This document shows, in pieces, positions 23,478-35,870 of a DNA stretch of 64,000 nt. The first letter of the stretch is position 1. Each line of letters opens with the position of its first letter. The notes below the pieces were generated by a model. The model was not told where the DNA came from. It saw only the letters and a program-made list of their open reading frames with translations, and did no database searches. The DNA is taken from NCBI GenBank assembly GCA_051294375.1, contig JBJCIZ010000028.1, positions 1,749,479-1,813,478 of the forward strand, given 5' to 3'. The DNA is from Paraspadella gotoi (taxonomy: Eukaryota; Animalia; Chaetognatha). A program made the position numbers and the translations under genes.

Positions 23478-24152
23478 ATGACTGCCTCCCCAAACAGAAA
23501 TCCCCAAGGACAGTCCATCTTCCGTCAGCAACTACGTCGACTCGACCAAAATGCGGACCAACCAACTCCAGACGGGTGGGTCCGTATGGGCGTACAAAAC
23601 GGAGGTACGGATGAACCAACGCCCAGATGGATCTATAACGGCAACGACGAGGTGAAGGTCGAGGTGAAGCCTAGGATTCAGAATCGTGACGAAGATGACA
23701 AAGGAGACGACAAAGTAATTAAGGTTGACAAAGAAGAGGCCGACAAAAGTGCCGAGGTTGATTTACCGACGACGAACATGGTTCGATCTCTCTCGATCAA
23801 AGGAGATGAACCGATTACGACCGACCGACCATTGTCGACTTGTCCTGAGGATGAGGAAGAGGAAGAGACGACGACGACGATGACAAAGGCTGTCAATAAC
23901 GAGCCTAGGATTCAGAATCGTGACGAAGATGACAAAGGAGACGACAAAGTAATTGAGGTTGACAAAGAAGAGGCCGACAAAAGTGCCGAGGTTGATTTAC
24001 CGCCGACGAACATGGTTCGATCTCTCTCGATCAAAGGAGATGAACCGATTAAGACCGAGCGACCATCGTCGACTTGTCCCCCTCCTGAGGATGAGGAGGA
24101 GGAGGAGGAAGAAACGACGACGACGACGACAAAGGCCGTCGAAAGCGAATGA
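23478..24152 (+). CDS. Acidic, probably disordered protein with a 78-aa internal duplication
   Basis: Intact ORF; ~234-bp tandem duplication (EPRIQNRDEDDKGDD...TKAV x2) preserving frame. Confidence 0.55.
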   Translation: MTASPNRNPQGQSIFRQQLRRLDQNADQPTPDGWVRMGVQNGGTDEPTPRWIYNGNDEVKVEVKPRIQNRDEDDKGDDKVIKVDKEEADKSAEVDLPTTNMVRSLSIKGDEPITTDRPLSTCPEDEEEEETTTTMTKAVNNEPRIQNRDEDDKGDDKVIEVDKEEADKSAEVDLPPTNMVRSLSIKGDEPIKTERPSSTCPPPEDEEEEEEETTTTTTKAVESE

Positions 24153-24405
24153 AAAGACTGAATGAAAAGAAAACTGTTGTTCGCCTTTTGGTAAAATTTT
24201 TTTAAAACAAATTTTAAGATTTTTTTTTCATGGTAATTATCCTTTCTTTTTCGTTGTTTGAGAGATTAACAAAGTTTTTTTTTTAAATTTTAAAATAATT
24301 CAAGGACATGGTTCCCCATTAGTTTTAGAGAGTTAGAAGAAAAAATATAGGATATTAAATTCCATTCATAAAGTTTATGTCTCTTTCTGTTTATATCTCC
24401 CACTT

Positions 24406-24456
<51 letters not shown>

Positions 24457-24457
<1 letters not shown>

Positions 24458-25322
24458 GCTCATTAACAAAAGCCGGGAGACGAGATTCTTGTTGTCGTTG
24501 TTGTCGTCGGGCTTCCGGACAAGGGGCGTGCACACTGCCTGATTTTTCAAAAAGACCTCCAGGTTAACGCCCTGCTCCTTCCTCCAATCCGGAAGGTTGG
24601 GCGAACGAGACATCTCTCTCCCGTTCCACTAATATAAAAAGGGAAGGCTGAGATCCTTCAATATAAGAGAACCAACAAACTAACGTAAAAATTCCTAATA
24701 TTTGTACACTGTACAATGTACAGTATTGTGTAAACCTCTCGTCTCAAATAAAATAACTCTTTAAAAGTTGAAACTAAAAATAGAAATAACAATATCGCAA
24801 CTACCTCGTTTGATTGTAAAGAAAAATTTTAAGATACGAAATAGACAACCAGTAACTAGCTAGCAACTTACGACGGCACCTCATTCAATTTATTCAACGC
24901 TGATTGAAACTTTCTTAGTAGTCGATGAGGAGGAGGGGCTTCGCCTCCTGCATCTTCTTCCTCCCCATTCCTCGTCCTCTTCCTCACGGGGCTCGTTGAT
25001 TTTCACGATTTCACTTTTCCACCTTTCTCCACTTGTTCTGACATTTTGCTGATTACTGGACGCCTCTCTCTCAATAAACGCTTTACCTTTTATTTCCCGT
25101 TCTATTATTTCACGAGGATACTTATTCCAAGGGTAGTCAATATTTCAAGTTCAAATCTTGCTACGTGTAAACTCTTGGGCGCATTTTTCAAACTATTAGT
25201 TGACAAAAACTTGACATCAAACGGGCGAAACCTTTACGCTGACTTATTCTTCCACGTCATCGTCGTCGTCGTCATCGTCGTCATCCCCAGGTAAATAGTC
25301 CACTGGTTGTTTACCAATTTTC
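24457..25322 (-). other. Possible exons of an unidentified or degraded gene
   Basis: GC-richer segments bounded by a GTAAGT donor (~24870) and pyrimidine-rich acceptors; frames not reconcilable. Confidence 0.25.
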
Positions 25323-25419
25323 TGGAGACAAAATTCGCCGAAAAAAATAAACATTCTGCGTAGCGGATTTTTTTGGTTCAAAATTAAATTTTACGAATTA
25401 ACAGGTTTCCTAACCAGAC

Positions 25420-26100
25420 ACAACATTTCATCTCAATCTATCCATCCAATAATGATTAATTAAGAGTAATTATGGGTTAAAATTAGTAAAAGGATTTTAG
25501 TAAATGCGACATATGATTTTTCCATTTAAACTTATTTTGACTCCCACGATTCCATCGAAACTTTATATCCAGCTCAATCATACACTTTCCTACCCACACA
25601 TAAAATTTCATTCCAATCCATCCATCCAATCACGAGTAATTGGAGTTTTTTGCTAAGGTGGGATGGACTGACGGACGGAGGGACGGACAGACGGAGGGAC
25701 GGACATCATCTTTTTTGCATAATTTATCTTACGAAAAAACANNNNNNNNNNCCATTTAAACTTATTTCGATTCCCACGATTCCATCTAAACTATATATCC
25801 AGCTCAATCATACACTTTCCTACCCACACATAAAATTTCATTCCAATCCATCCATCCAATCACGAGTAATTGGAGTTTTTTGCTAAGGTGGGACGGACGG
25901 ACGGACGGAGGGACGGACATCATCTTTTTTGCATAATTCATCTTACGAAAAAACAAAAGTTTTTATTGGCTGTTACAATGATTTATTTAAATATTAAATT
26001 TATCATAATTCGATGCTCTGACAGTGAATGATCGACAATATTGAGGGGGCGGACCGACGGACCGGCAAAGTGGATTACCTGCTTATCAGCAGATACCAAT
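25420..26100 (+). mobile_element. HINE/DINE-1-like element fragment
   Basis: Shared body (CACACTTTCCTACCCACACA), (GGAC)n tract, GAGGGGGCGGACCGACGG near the end. Confidence 0.7.
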
Positions 26101-27139
26101 CTCAAGACAAACAGTTCGAGACTTTGAGCGTGGAGATACGAATCGGGAACGTTCTTTAAGGTCCGGGATCACTCAATTCAAATTATAATTAGGCTAAAAC
26201 TATATATATATATATATACTATATAAAATAAAAGAAACCTATTTGAAGAGTTGCAGCCCAAACGGTAATGCGGTTTCTCATGAAATTTGGCATGAATTAC
26301 CTTTAAGTCACGAACTCCAATTCTATGAAAAGATACTTTCAAAATTTGCCTTCCTTCATAGAAAATTTGATTATTTTAATCAATTTTTGGTATTAATTCC
26401 TTCATATCTTTGAAAAGAAAAACATTTTTTTCAAAAACGCGCTCATAGAATCTCCCCCACCTTTCTTTTCTTGCCCAAAATATTTTTTTCTTCAAGAAGA
26501 GTCCAACGGTTTGAGCTGCAACTCTTCGTTTTTAACTTCACTTCGTTAAGAAAGTTAAATTCTGTACTCATTAAACTCATTAAACATTTACATAAAGTAA
26601 AAAGTCAAATTGAAATAAATTCGATAAGTTTTTTAACTGATAAAACTCTTAAAAGTATAAAAACCCGTCTGGAAAATGTATAGAGTAGTTTATTTTAGAC
26701 TTATTAGTGATACAACTCCAAGTATGTACTTGTACCAAAGGAAGAATTAAATATAAGAAGTAGAAATTGAGCTTACTGTAAAGAATCAGTTTTAAGTTAA
26801 AAATTTGTTTGTAGAAATTTAGCTTACATATAAAAAATTATTTATCTTTTGAAAATCTAGTTTTACCAAAAAAAAAATTTTGTTTAAATTTTTATGAACA
26901 TTTTATATAGATTTTTAAAAGTTTTCGATTATTTTTCTCTTGAAAACCTCTTACAAGATATGAGAAAATGATTAAGATACAGTAAATTAAGATTTCCCGA
27001 ATTTTAGGTTGAGTGATCCCTGGCCTTAAAGTCATATCAACGCCTTCTGTCCCGACTTGCTTGAGAATCTTACAGCGGTAATCGAACGCCGCCTTCTAGC
27101 GATCGCTCCAAGTAGAATTTCGTCTACAGTTCCGGCACT

Positions 27140-28401
27140 ATGGCAGAAAAACCACAAACGCGTCGACCCCGAGTTTCCTTTGCTGGGAAGCACCCGCAAT
27201 TCGAAGACAAATATCGCGATTTGACTGCAGTCGATTTCAAAAGCTTTGAAAATCCCCACGAGGAAACTTTTCACAACGATTTCCGTCAACGCGCCGCAGC
27301 CCTTCTCGATCCAGCTCCACAAAAAGGACGGGACCCACTCAGCATCGTCCGCGACCGCGCGCTCCGGCAGCCTTACGAAAAAACGCCCTCTCGCTGGACG
27401 AACGATCGGTGAAAGAGATCCTTAACTCCGCTCTCTCCCCCCACACGATCGTGTGATTCGATCGCACCAAGAGCAGAGGATTCCACACCAGCAACAGCTG
27501 CAAAGCGAGCCTCCAGCCTATTTTCGCTCAGATGGCAGATTAATCCCGATTGTCAAGACCAAGACAACCAAAAAAGAATCGCCTATTTTCGTTGCTGCAG
27601 AAGCTGGTTACCACAGCACTCCAGGTGGTCGTGACCAAAGCCGTGATCGAGGACGCAGCACAAGTTATTGTGGAAACAGAGAACCTCTGAATAGTGTTTG
27701 GGACAGTGAGGAAAAAGGAGTCGCATGCTGTAAGGCTTGTGGCAAAACGTCACATGCTAAAAATAGCAAAGACAGACTACGCACTCTGGATAAACACCCT
27801 TGTAAGGATACAGGTGGAGGTAAATAAGGAGCTGACGCTTATACTGTAATACTGTCATACTGCCAGTAGAAAAAGACAATATCTAATCAATAATTTTCTT
27901 TNNNNNNNNNNNNNNNNNNNNNNNNNAAGACCAAGACAAACCAAACAAAGAATCGCCTATTTTCGTTGTGGCAGAAGCTGAGTTACCACAGCTACTCCCA
28001 GACGTTGGTCGTGACCAAAGCGTGATCGATGGACGCGAGCACAAAGTTATGGTGGAAACAGAGAACCTCTGAATAGTGTTTGGACAGTGAGGAAAAAGGC
28101 AGTCGCATGCTGGTAAAGGCTTATGGCCACAAAAACGTCACATACTAAAAATAGCAAAGACAGGATACGCCACTTCTGATAAAACCCTGTAAGGATACAT
28201 GTGAGGTAAATAGGCAGCTGACGTTATACTGTACTACTTCATACTGCCAGTAGAAAAAGACAATATCTAATCACATAATTTTCTTTTCTAAGGAGCTGAA
28301 GAAAACCGTCACGTGCACAATGGCTGCTTGCAATAAGAAATTCACATTTTTCGTGTCCGCCTCATTCAGGCATGCTGTACGCCTGCAGTAAATGCAGGTA
28401 A
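27140..28401 (+). CDS. Gag capsid-CTD / double zinc-finger fusion gene; exons 27140-27819 and 28293-28401 (indels in 27350-27510)
   Basis: MAEK..RPRVSF..EDKYRDL..TF..RQRAAALLD, then YFRSDGR..GRDQSRDRGRS..VWDSEEKGVACCKACGKTSHAK..HPCK|..CTMAACNKKF..YACSKCR*. Confidence 0.65.
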
Positions 28402-30574
28402 ATTTTTAGTTGCGCCGAGATTACTCACGGAGCAACTCAATATGTCACCTTTTTGTAGGTCAGTATGTCTGTCTGTCCGTCGGTCTATCCCACACCTTAA
28501 AAATGCTCAGAACTTGAGTAAAGAGAGAATTCTCGCNNNNNNNNNNNNNNNNNNNNNNNNNNNNNNNNNNNNNNNNNNNNNNNNNNNNNNNNNNNNNNNN
28601 NNNNNNNNNNNNNNNNNNNNNNNNNNNNNNNNNNNNNNNNNNNNNNNNNNNNNNNNNNNNNNNNNNNNNNNNNNNNNNNNNNNNNNNNNNNNNNNNNNNN
28701 NNNNNNNNNNNNNNNNNNNNGCTACCCCTATCATAAGTTAAAGTACATTGACTCAAATCATATTTTTGTTCTCAAGTGGTCCACTCTATTGTTGGGTGTG
28801 ACCGACGGACGGACAAAGTTAATTATCGAATATAGAACCGTTTAAACAATTTATAAACCCTCTTCATTTAGATTTTATTATCATTTCAATCCGAAGTGCT
28901 TGTACATTTAAAAGAATTTCCTTTTCCATCAGGGCCAATGACGAACCTTGGATTCCAAACGACGAAGAAGATGACGACATAATTAAAAGAAGATTTGGGA
29001 AAGAAGTTGCATTAAAGAAGCAGTTGAAGACCACGAGGCAATCTCTCTCGACCAATGGATACGATCTATCTATTTTCCGAAGACAACCATGATAGCCCCC
29101 TTCAAATGATTTAATAACATATCAATATCAAGCAATAATAATGAAAAAAAAGAAGAATAAATATCAATAATAATGAAAAAAAAGAATAAATATCAAATCT
29201 AAAAAAAAGCTTTAGATGGTGATAGGCGTATTTTGCAATTTTCGTGATAAAAATGTCAATTGGTTGAAAGAATATATGTTAAATTAAAAAGTTAAATTTT
29301 TATATGTTAAATTAAAAAGCTGTTTTTAAAATCATCTTTCCCCTTTTTTCATTGGAAACGACCAGAGGCAGGGACTTCCTAAAAGTTCATCTGACAACCA
29401 TTGCCCTCTGCTCAAGAAAGACTGTTTGGAGCCACACATACTGGACAAACTACCGCCCGTTATTAGATTCAGAACTTCGGATCTCACTGTAGTCCGCCAC
29501 TACAAGTTTTACAATATATATACTCGGAAGTAAAGTCACGAGAATGCGGGAAAATATATGTTGAAGGCAGGAAAATCTATACGGCGCCAAAATCATGAGG
29601 GTAAAAAAAGGGGAGAAACTAGAAGGAGAAGAGAGAAAAGGTGAACTGAATCTCGTGAACGCGGCCCCGAATCCCTGGGAGGAGGATGATATATACTGAT
29701 ATACAATATATATTTATAATGTATGTCTTTCCTAAGTGGCATAGAAAGTAGAAGACTATAATACTCATTATTATTCTGACTATATTAAATGTTTTATGTC
29801 GACCGTTTTATGAACCTTTTTTTTTAAGATTAAATTTCATCGAACGTCGAATTTCTGAGAAATGCAGAAAACAATTTTGGGGTGCGTCAGAATTTTTTTG
29901 TTTTTAATAAACTCGTTTTTACGATTTTTATCCAATTTCGTCTTTGAATCAATTTTTTTCGTGGATTAGTTCCTACGATTTAGAGGACTTTGATTCCATT
30001 TTGGATAAAAAAAACAAAAAACATCAAAATTTTAAGTCTTAAAAGTTNNNNNNNNNNNNNNNNNNNNNNNNNNNNNNNNNNNNNNNNNNNNNNNNNNNNN
30101 NNNNNNNNNNNNNNNNNNNNNNNNNNNNNNNNNNNNNNNNNNNNNNNNNNNNNNNNNNNNNNNNNNNNNNNNNNNNNNNNNNNNNNNNNNNNNNNNNNNN
30201 NNNNNNNNNNNNNNNNNNNNNNNNNNNNNNNNNNNNNNNNNNNNNNNNNNNNNNNNNNNNNNNNNNNNNNNNNNNNNNNNNNNNNNNNNNNNNNNNNNNN
30301 NNNNNNNNNNNNNNNNNNNNNNNNNNNNNNNNNNNNNNNNNNNNNNNNNNNNNNNNNNNNNNNNNNNNNNNNNNNNNNNNNNNNNNNNNNNNNNNNNNNN
30401 NNNNNNNNNNNNNNNNNNNNNNNNNNNNNNNNNNNNNNNNNNNNNNNGGCCTTAGAAACCAAAGGTAAGCAACCCGTTGCAATGGCTCGTGGACGTTGTG
30501 TGGCGATCGTTTGTAAATCGCCACGCGCGTCTGCGCCTNNNNNNNNNNNNNNNNNNNNNNNNNAGATGATTTTA

Positions 30575-33500
30575 TTTAGACTTTCTCAACCGACTTTCTT
30601 CAGACGGACTTTCTCAACCGACTTTGCTCAACCTGAATCTTTCTCAAGTCCGACTTTCTCACCGACTTTCTCGAACCGCGACTTTCTCAAGCCGACTTTC
30701 TCAACCGACTTTCTCAACACGACTTTCCAACGCGACTTTTCAACCTGACTTTCTCAACCGCTTCACTGCTTCTCAAACGGCGACTTTCTCAACGCGACTT
30801 TCATCAGCGCGACTTTCTCAAGCACGGACTCTCAGCCACTTTCTCAACCGGACTTTCTCAACGACTTTCTCACGACTTTCTGCAGCACTTGTCAACGGGC
30901 TTTCTCAACCGACCGCTTTCTCACTCGCTTTCTCACGCGACTTACCTCTACCCTTTCGCAGACTTTCTCAACCGACATTTTGCACCGACTTTTCAGAGAG
31001 GATTTCTCTAACGCTTTCCTCAACCGACTTTTCAAGCCGGTCTTTCTCAACCGACTTCCTCATGATTTCGCACTGACCTTTTTCTAGCGCGACTCTCACG
31101 ACCTTTCTCAAGCGCGAGCTTTCTGCAACCGGACTTTCTCAACCGACTTCTCAACCGACTTTCTGCAACCGACTTTCTTCAACCCGAGCTTGTCTCAACC
31201 GACTTTCTCAACGCGACTTCTCAACCGGACTTTCTCAGCCGAGCTTTCTCAACTGACTTTCTGCAACCGACCTTGTCTCACGGACTCTACGCTTTTGGAG
31301 CGCGAGTTTCTCAAGACTCATCAACCTTTTCAGACTCCCAACCGGACTTTCTCAACTCTTTGAACGACTTTCTCACGGACTCAGCGGTTGTTCCACAACC
31401 TTTCTCCAGTTTTAAGCCGACTTTCTCAACCGACTTTCTCAAGGCCAGACTTTTCAACGACTTCCACCGACTTTGCAAACGACTTTCTCAACCGACTTCT
31501 CAAGCGACTTCTAAGACTTTTCTCAACCGACTTCAACCGACTTTCTCAACGACTTCGATCGACTTGTTCTCAACCAGACTTCTCCAAACCGACTTTCTGC
31601 ACACGACTTTCTCAACTGACCTTTCTCAACCGACTTTCTCAACCTGACTTTCTCAACCGGAACTTTCTCACAGCGAGCTTTCTCCACGCGACTTTCTCAA
31701 ACGAAGCTTTCTCACGAACTTTCTCAACCGACTTATTCTCAACGCGACTTTCTCCTCAACGTTTGCACGGCTTTACTCAACCGACTTTCTCAACGCGAGC
31801 ATTTCTCAAACGACTTTTCTCAACGCGACTTTCTCAAGCGCGACTTTCTCAACCGACTTTCTCAACCGGCTTTCTCAACTGACTTTCTCAACGCGACGCA
31901 CTTTCGCGCGATCAGAACGACTTTCTCAACGGACTTTCTCAACGCGACTTTCTCACCGACTTCTCACAAGCTTCCAGCGAACTTTTCAACCGTACTTTCT
32001 AGACGCGACTTTCTCAACGACTTTCTCAAGCCAGACTTTCTGCAACCGACTTTCTAGTACGGACTTTCACTCAACCGGGACTTTCTTCAACCGAACTTTC
32101 TAACCGAACCACGCGGACTTTCTCAACAGATTTCCTTCACCGACTTTCTCAACGAACTTCTGCAAACGACTTTCTCAACGGATCTTTCTCGAACCGGACT
32201 TTCTCAACCGGGCTTTCTCAACGCGCTTTCTCACTGACTTGCGACTTCTCAAGCCGACTTTCTCAACCGACTTTCTCACCTTTCTCAACTGGACTTTCTC
32301 AACCGACTTCGCCACTTCTCAACCAACGACTTTCCTCAACCGACTTTCTCATCAACGCTTTTACCGATTTCTCACACCCAACGACTTTCTTCACCGACTT
32401 TCTTCCACGATTCTCAACCGACTTTAAACGAGCTTTCTCAACGGATCTTTCTCGAATCGACGCCGACGGACTTTCTCAACGCCAAGACTTTCTGCCTACT
32501 CAACTCACGCTTTCTCACCGACTTCTCACGCGCTTCTCAAACCTCGCACTGTTTCTCAACCGCTCCGCACTTTACGTACTTAGGACTCCGAACCACTTTC
32601 TCAACGACTTTCTCAACACGACTTTCTCACGCGACTTTCTCGCTTCTCTCAAGACTCTGCAGCGCTTTCTCAGCGATTCCACGGACTTTCTCAACCGACT
32701 TTTCTCAACCGACTTTCCTCAAACGCTCCACGAGGTCTAACTTTTCTCACATTCCTTCAAGACCTTTCTCATACGGACTTTCAACCGTCTTCTCAACCCT
32801 ACCGACTTCCAACCGGTTCCAACGACGTTCCAGACTTTCTCAACCGTTAACGACTTTCTCACACCGACTTTTCTCAACGGACTTTCTCAACCGACTTTCT
32901 CTAACGCGGACTTGTCGTCAACGCGATTCGCACGCTTTCTCAACCTGAACTTTCTCAACCGACTTTCTCAACCGACTGTTCTCCCGACTTTCTCAATCGA
33001 TTTCTCAACGCGAACTTCTCAAGATTTCCATGACTGTTCTCAACCGACTTCTCAGATCGCGACTCTTCTCAACGACTTTCTCAGACGACTTTCCTCAAGA
33101 CGGACTTTCTCAACCGACTTTCTGCAAGCGGACGACTTTTCTTACCGACTTTTCTCACGCTTTGTCAACCGACTTTCTCAAACCGACTTTCTCAACCGAC
33201 TTTCTCAACGCGACTTCTAGGTTTCTCAACGCTGACTTTCTCAACGAGACTTTCTCAACCGACTTCTGCAACGACTTTTCTCAAACCGACTTTCTCACCG
33301 ACTTTCTCAACCGACATTTCTCACCGATCTGTTATCGCGACTATTCCACCGACTTTCTCACGGACTTTCTCACGCGACTTTCTCAACCGACTTCCGACTT
33401 TCTCACCGGAACTTTCTCAACCGCTTTCTCAAGCCGCTTTCTCAAGCGGGACTTTCTCAAACGACTTTCAGCCGACTTTCTCAATCCCGACTTTCTCAAC

Positions 33501-34905
33501 GGACTTCTCGCGACTTTCTCACCGACTTTCTCACCGGACTTTCTCAACCGACTTTCTCACCCGATCTTTCTCAACGACTCTCGACTTTCTCAAACCGACT
33601 TTCTCAACGCTGCGAACCGCTTTCTCAGCTACCGACTTTCTCAACCGACTTTCTCAACGACTTTCTCAACCCGACTTTCTCAACCTGACTTTCTCACACT
33701 GACTTTCTCAAGCCGGACTTTCTCAACCGACTTTCTCACCGACTTTTCTCAACTGGACTTTTCTCGGAACCTTTCTGCAACCGACTTTCTGCAACCGACT
33801 ATTCCGTCAGCCGACTTTCTCACCGCACTTTCTCATCTAGCCGATGCAAGCCTACTTTCCACCGACTTTCTCAACCGACTTTCTCAACCGACTTTCTCCA
33901 ACCGACTTTCTCAACGACTTTCTCAACGCGAGTCCAACTGACTGTTCTCAACGTTCACGCTTTCGACCCTTTCTCCTCAAACGACTTTCTCAAGCCGGAC
34001 TTTCTCAACGATATTCACCGCGCTTTCTCTAACCGACTTTCTCAAGCCGACTTTCTCTACCGGAATAACTTTCTCATACATCCAAGCGAACTTTCTCACG
34101 ACTTTCTCAACCGACTTTCTCAAACCGACTTTCTCACGCGGGACTTTCTCAAGCGGACTTCCTCAGACCTTTCTCATTTTCAGACGCGATCTTTGCTCAA
34201 CCGAGCGCTTTCTCAACGCGGACTTTCTCCAACCGACATTTCTCAACCGACTTTCTTCATCACCGACTTTCTACAATCCGACTTTTCTCACCGACTTTCT
34301 CAACCGACTTTCTCAACCGCTTTTCTCAACGACTTTCTCAACTCGACTTTCTCAACGACTTTCTCAAAGCCGACTTTCTCAACCGACGCTTTTTCTCAAC
34401 CGACTTTCGTCCAACGGACTTTCCTCAACGCGCTTTCTCAACTGTTTCCCAAACCTGACTTTCTCAAGAGCCGTTACCTTTCTCAACGGCAGACTTTCGT
34501 TCTCAAACGCGACTTTCTCAACCGACTTTCTCACCGACTTTCTCAACATTGCTCAACCGATCTTTCTCACGGACTTTCTCAACGGACTTTTCAACGGACT
34601 TTCTCAACCGACTGTTCCTCAAACGCGATTTCTGCAACGCGACTTTCTCATCCGACTTTACGCGACTTTCTCAACGACTTTCTCAATTCGCGACTTTCTC
34701 ATCCAGACGTTTCTCAACCGACTTTCTCAACCGACTTTTCTCAACCGACTTTCTCAACGCGACTTTTCACGACTTTCTCAACCGACTTAGCATTTCTCAC
34801 GACTTCTCAACGACTTTCTACGACTTTCTCTCAACGCGACTTTCTCAACCGACTTCTCTCGACTTCTAAACCGACTTTTCTCCACCATTTCTCACGTACT
34901 CAACC
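30575..34905. repeat. 13-bp tandem satellite (CAACCGACTTTCT)n, ~4.3 kb
   Basis: Hundreds of head-to-tail units with scattered indels. Confidence 0.95.
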
Positions 34906-35062
34906 GAGTCACCGAGACATTATTACATTATTACATTATTACATTATTACAGCCGTTAGAAGAATAAAATTGGCTACGTTTCAAACTTTTTCTCTCTTTC
35001 ATTTTAATTTTTAATGTCTTCTTTCTTCCTCTCTTTCAAGGTTCAGATCCAGATTTAGATTA

Positions 35063-35870
35063 AAAGTTTGAGCAAACAATGTCGGATCTGTCCTACAAAT
35101 AATTTTTTTTTATAACTTTCGTTATTTTTTTTAACTTGCATCATTTTTTTTAACTTGCATCATTTTTTTAACTTGCATCATTTTTTCAACTTGCATAAAT
35201 TTTTCAACTTGCATATTTTTTTTAAATTTGCATCATTTTTTCACATTAATTATTTAATTAAATAATTAATTAATTAAAACCTTTATTAGTAATCATAATA
35301 ATAAAGATTCAAGTAAATGTGACTTATGTTTTTTTTCTATTTAAACTAATTTCCACTGGCAAAAATTCCGTCAAAAACTTTATATCTAGCTTCTTCACAC
35401 ACTTTCCTTACCCGCACACAGATTTCATCTCAATCTATCAATGGGTTAAAAATATGTAAAAAGATTCAAGTAAAATGTGACTCATATTTTTTTCATTTAA
35501 ACTCATTTCCACTCGTACGTTTCTAACCGAAACTTTATATCAAGCTTCGTCACCACACTTTGCTACCACAACACAAATTTCAACTCAATCTATCCATCCA
35601 ATTATGATTATAGTAAATGCGACTTATGTTTTTTCCATTTAAACTCATTTTCACTCACATGAATACATCGAAACTATATATCCAGCTTCATCACACACAA
35701 AATTTCATTCCAATCCAACCAGCCAATCACGAGTTATTCGAGCTTTTTGCTGAGGTGGGACGGATGGACAGATTGATTGACTGATTAATTAATTATTGAT
35801 TAATTAATTAACTAATTGATTAATTAACTGATTAATTATTTGATTTATTAATACATCCTGCATATACATT
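35063..35870 (+). mobile_element. HINE/DINE-1-like element, partial
   Basis: Begins AAGTTTGAGCAAACAATGTCGGATCTG; shared body. Confidence 0.75.

Noticed and set aside
27927-28270. Duplicated zinc-finger exon
   Set aside because: Noisy repeat of 27555-27900 across a gap; same artefact pattern as 3957-3996 and 25752-25955
30575-34905. Long plus-strand ORFs or a CRISPR array in the satellite
   Set aside because: Head-to-tail 13-mers without unique spacers; ORFs arise from a stop-free unit; eukaryotic context, no cas genes
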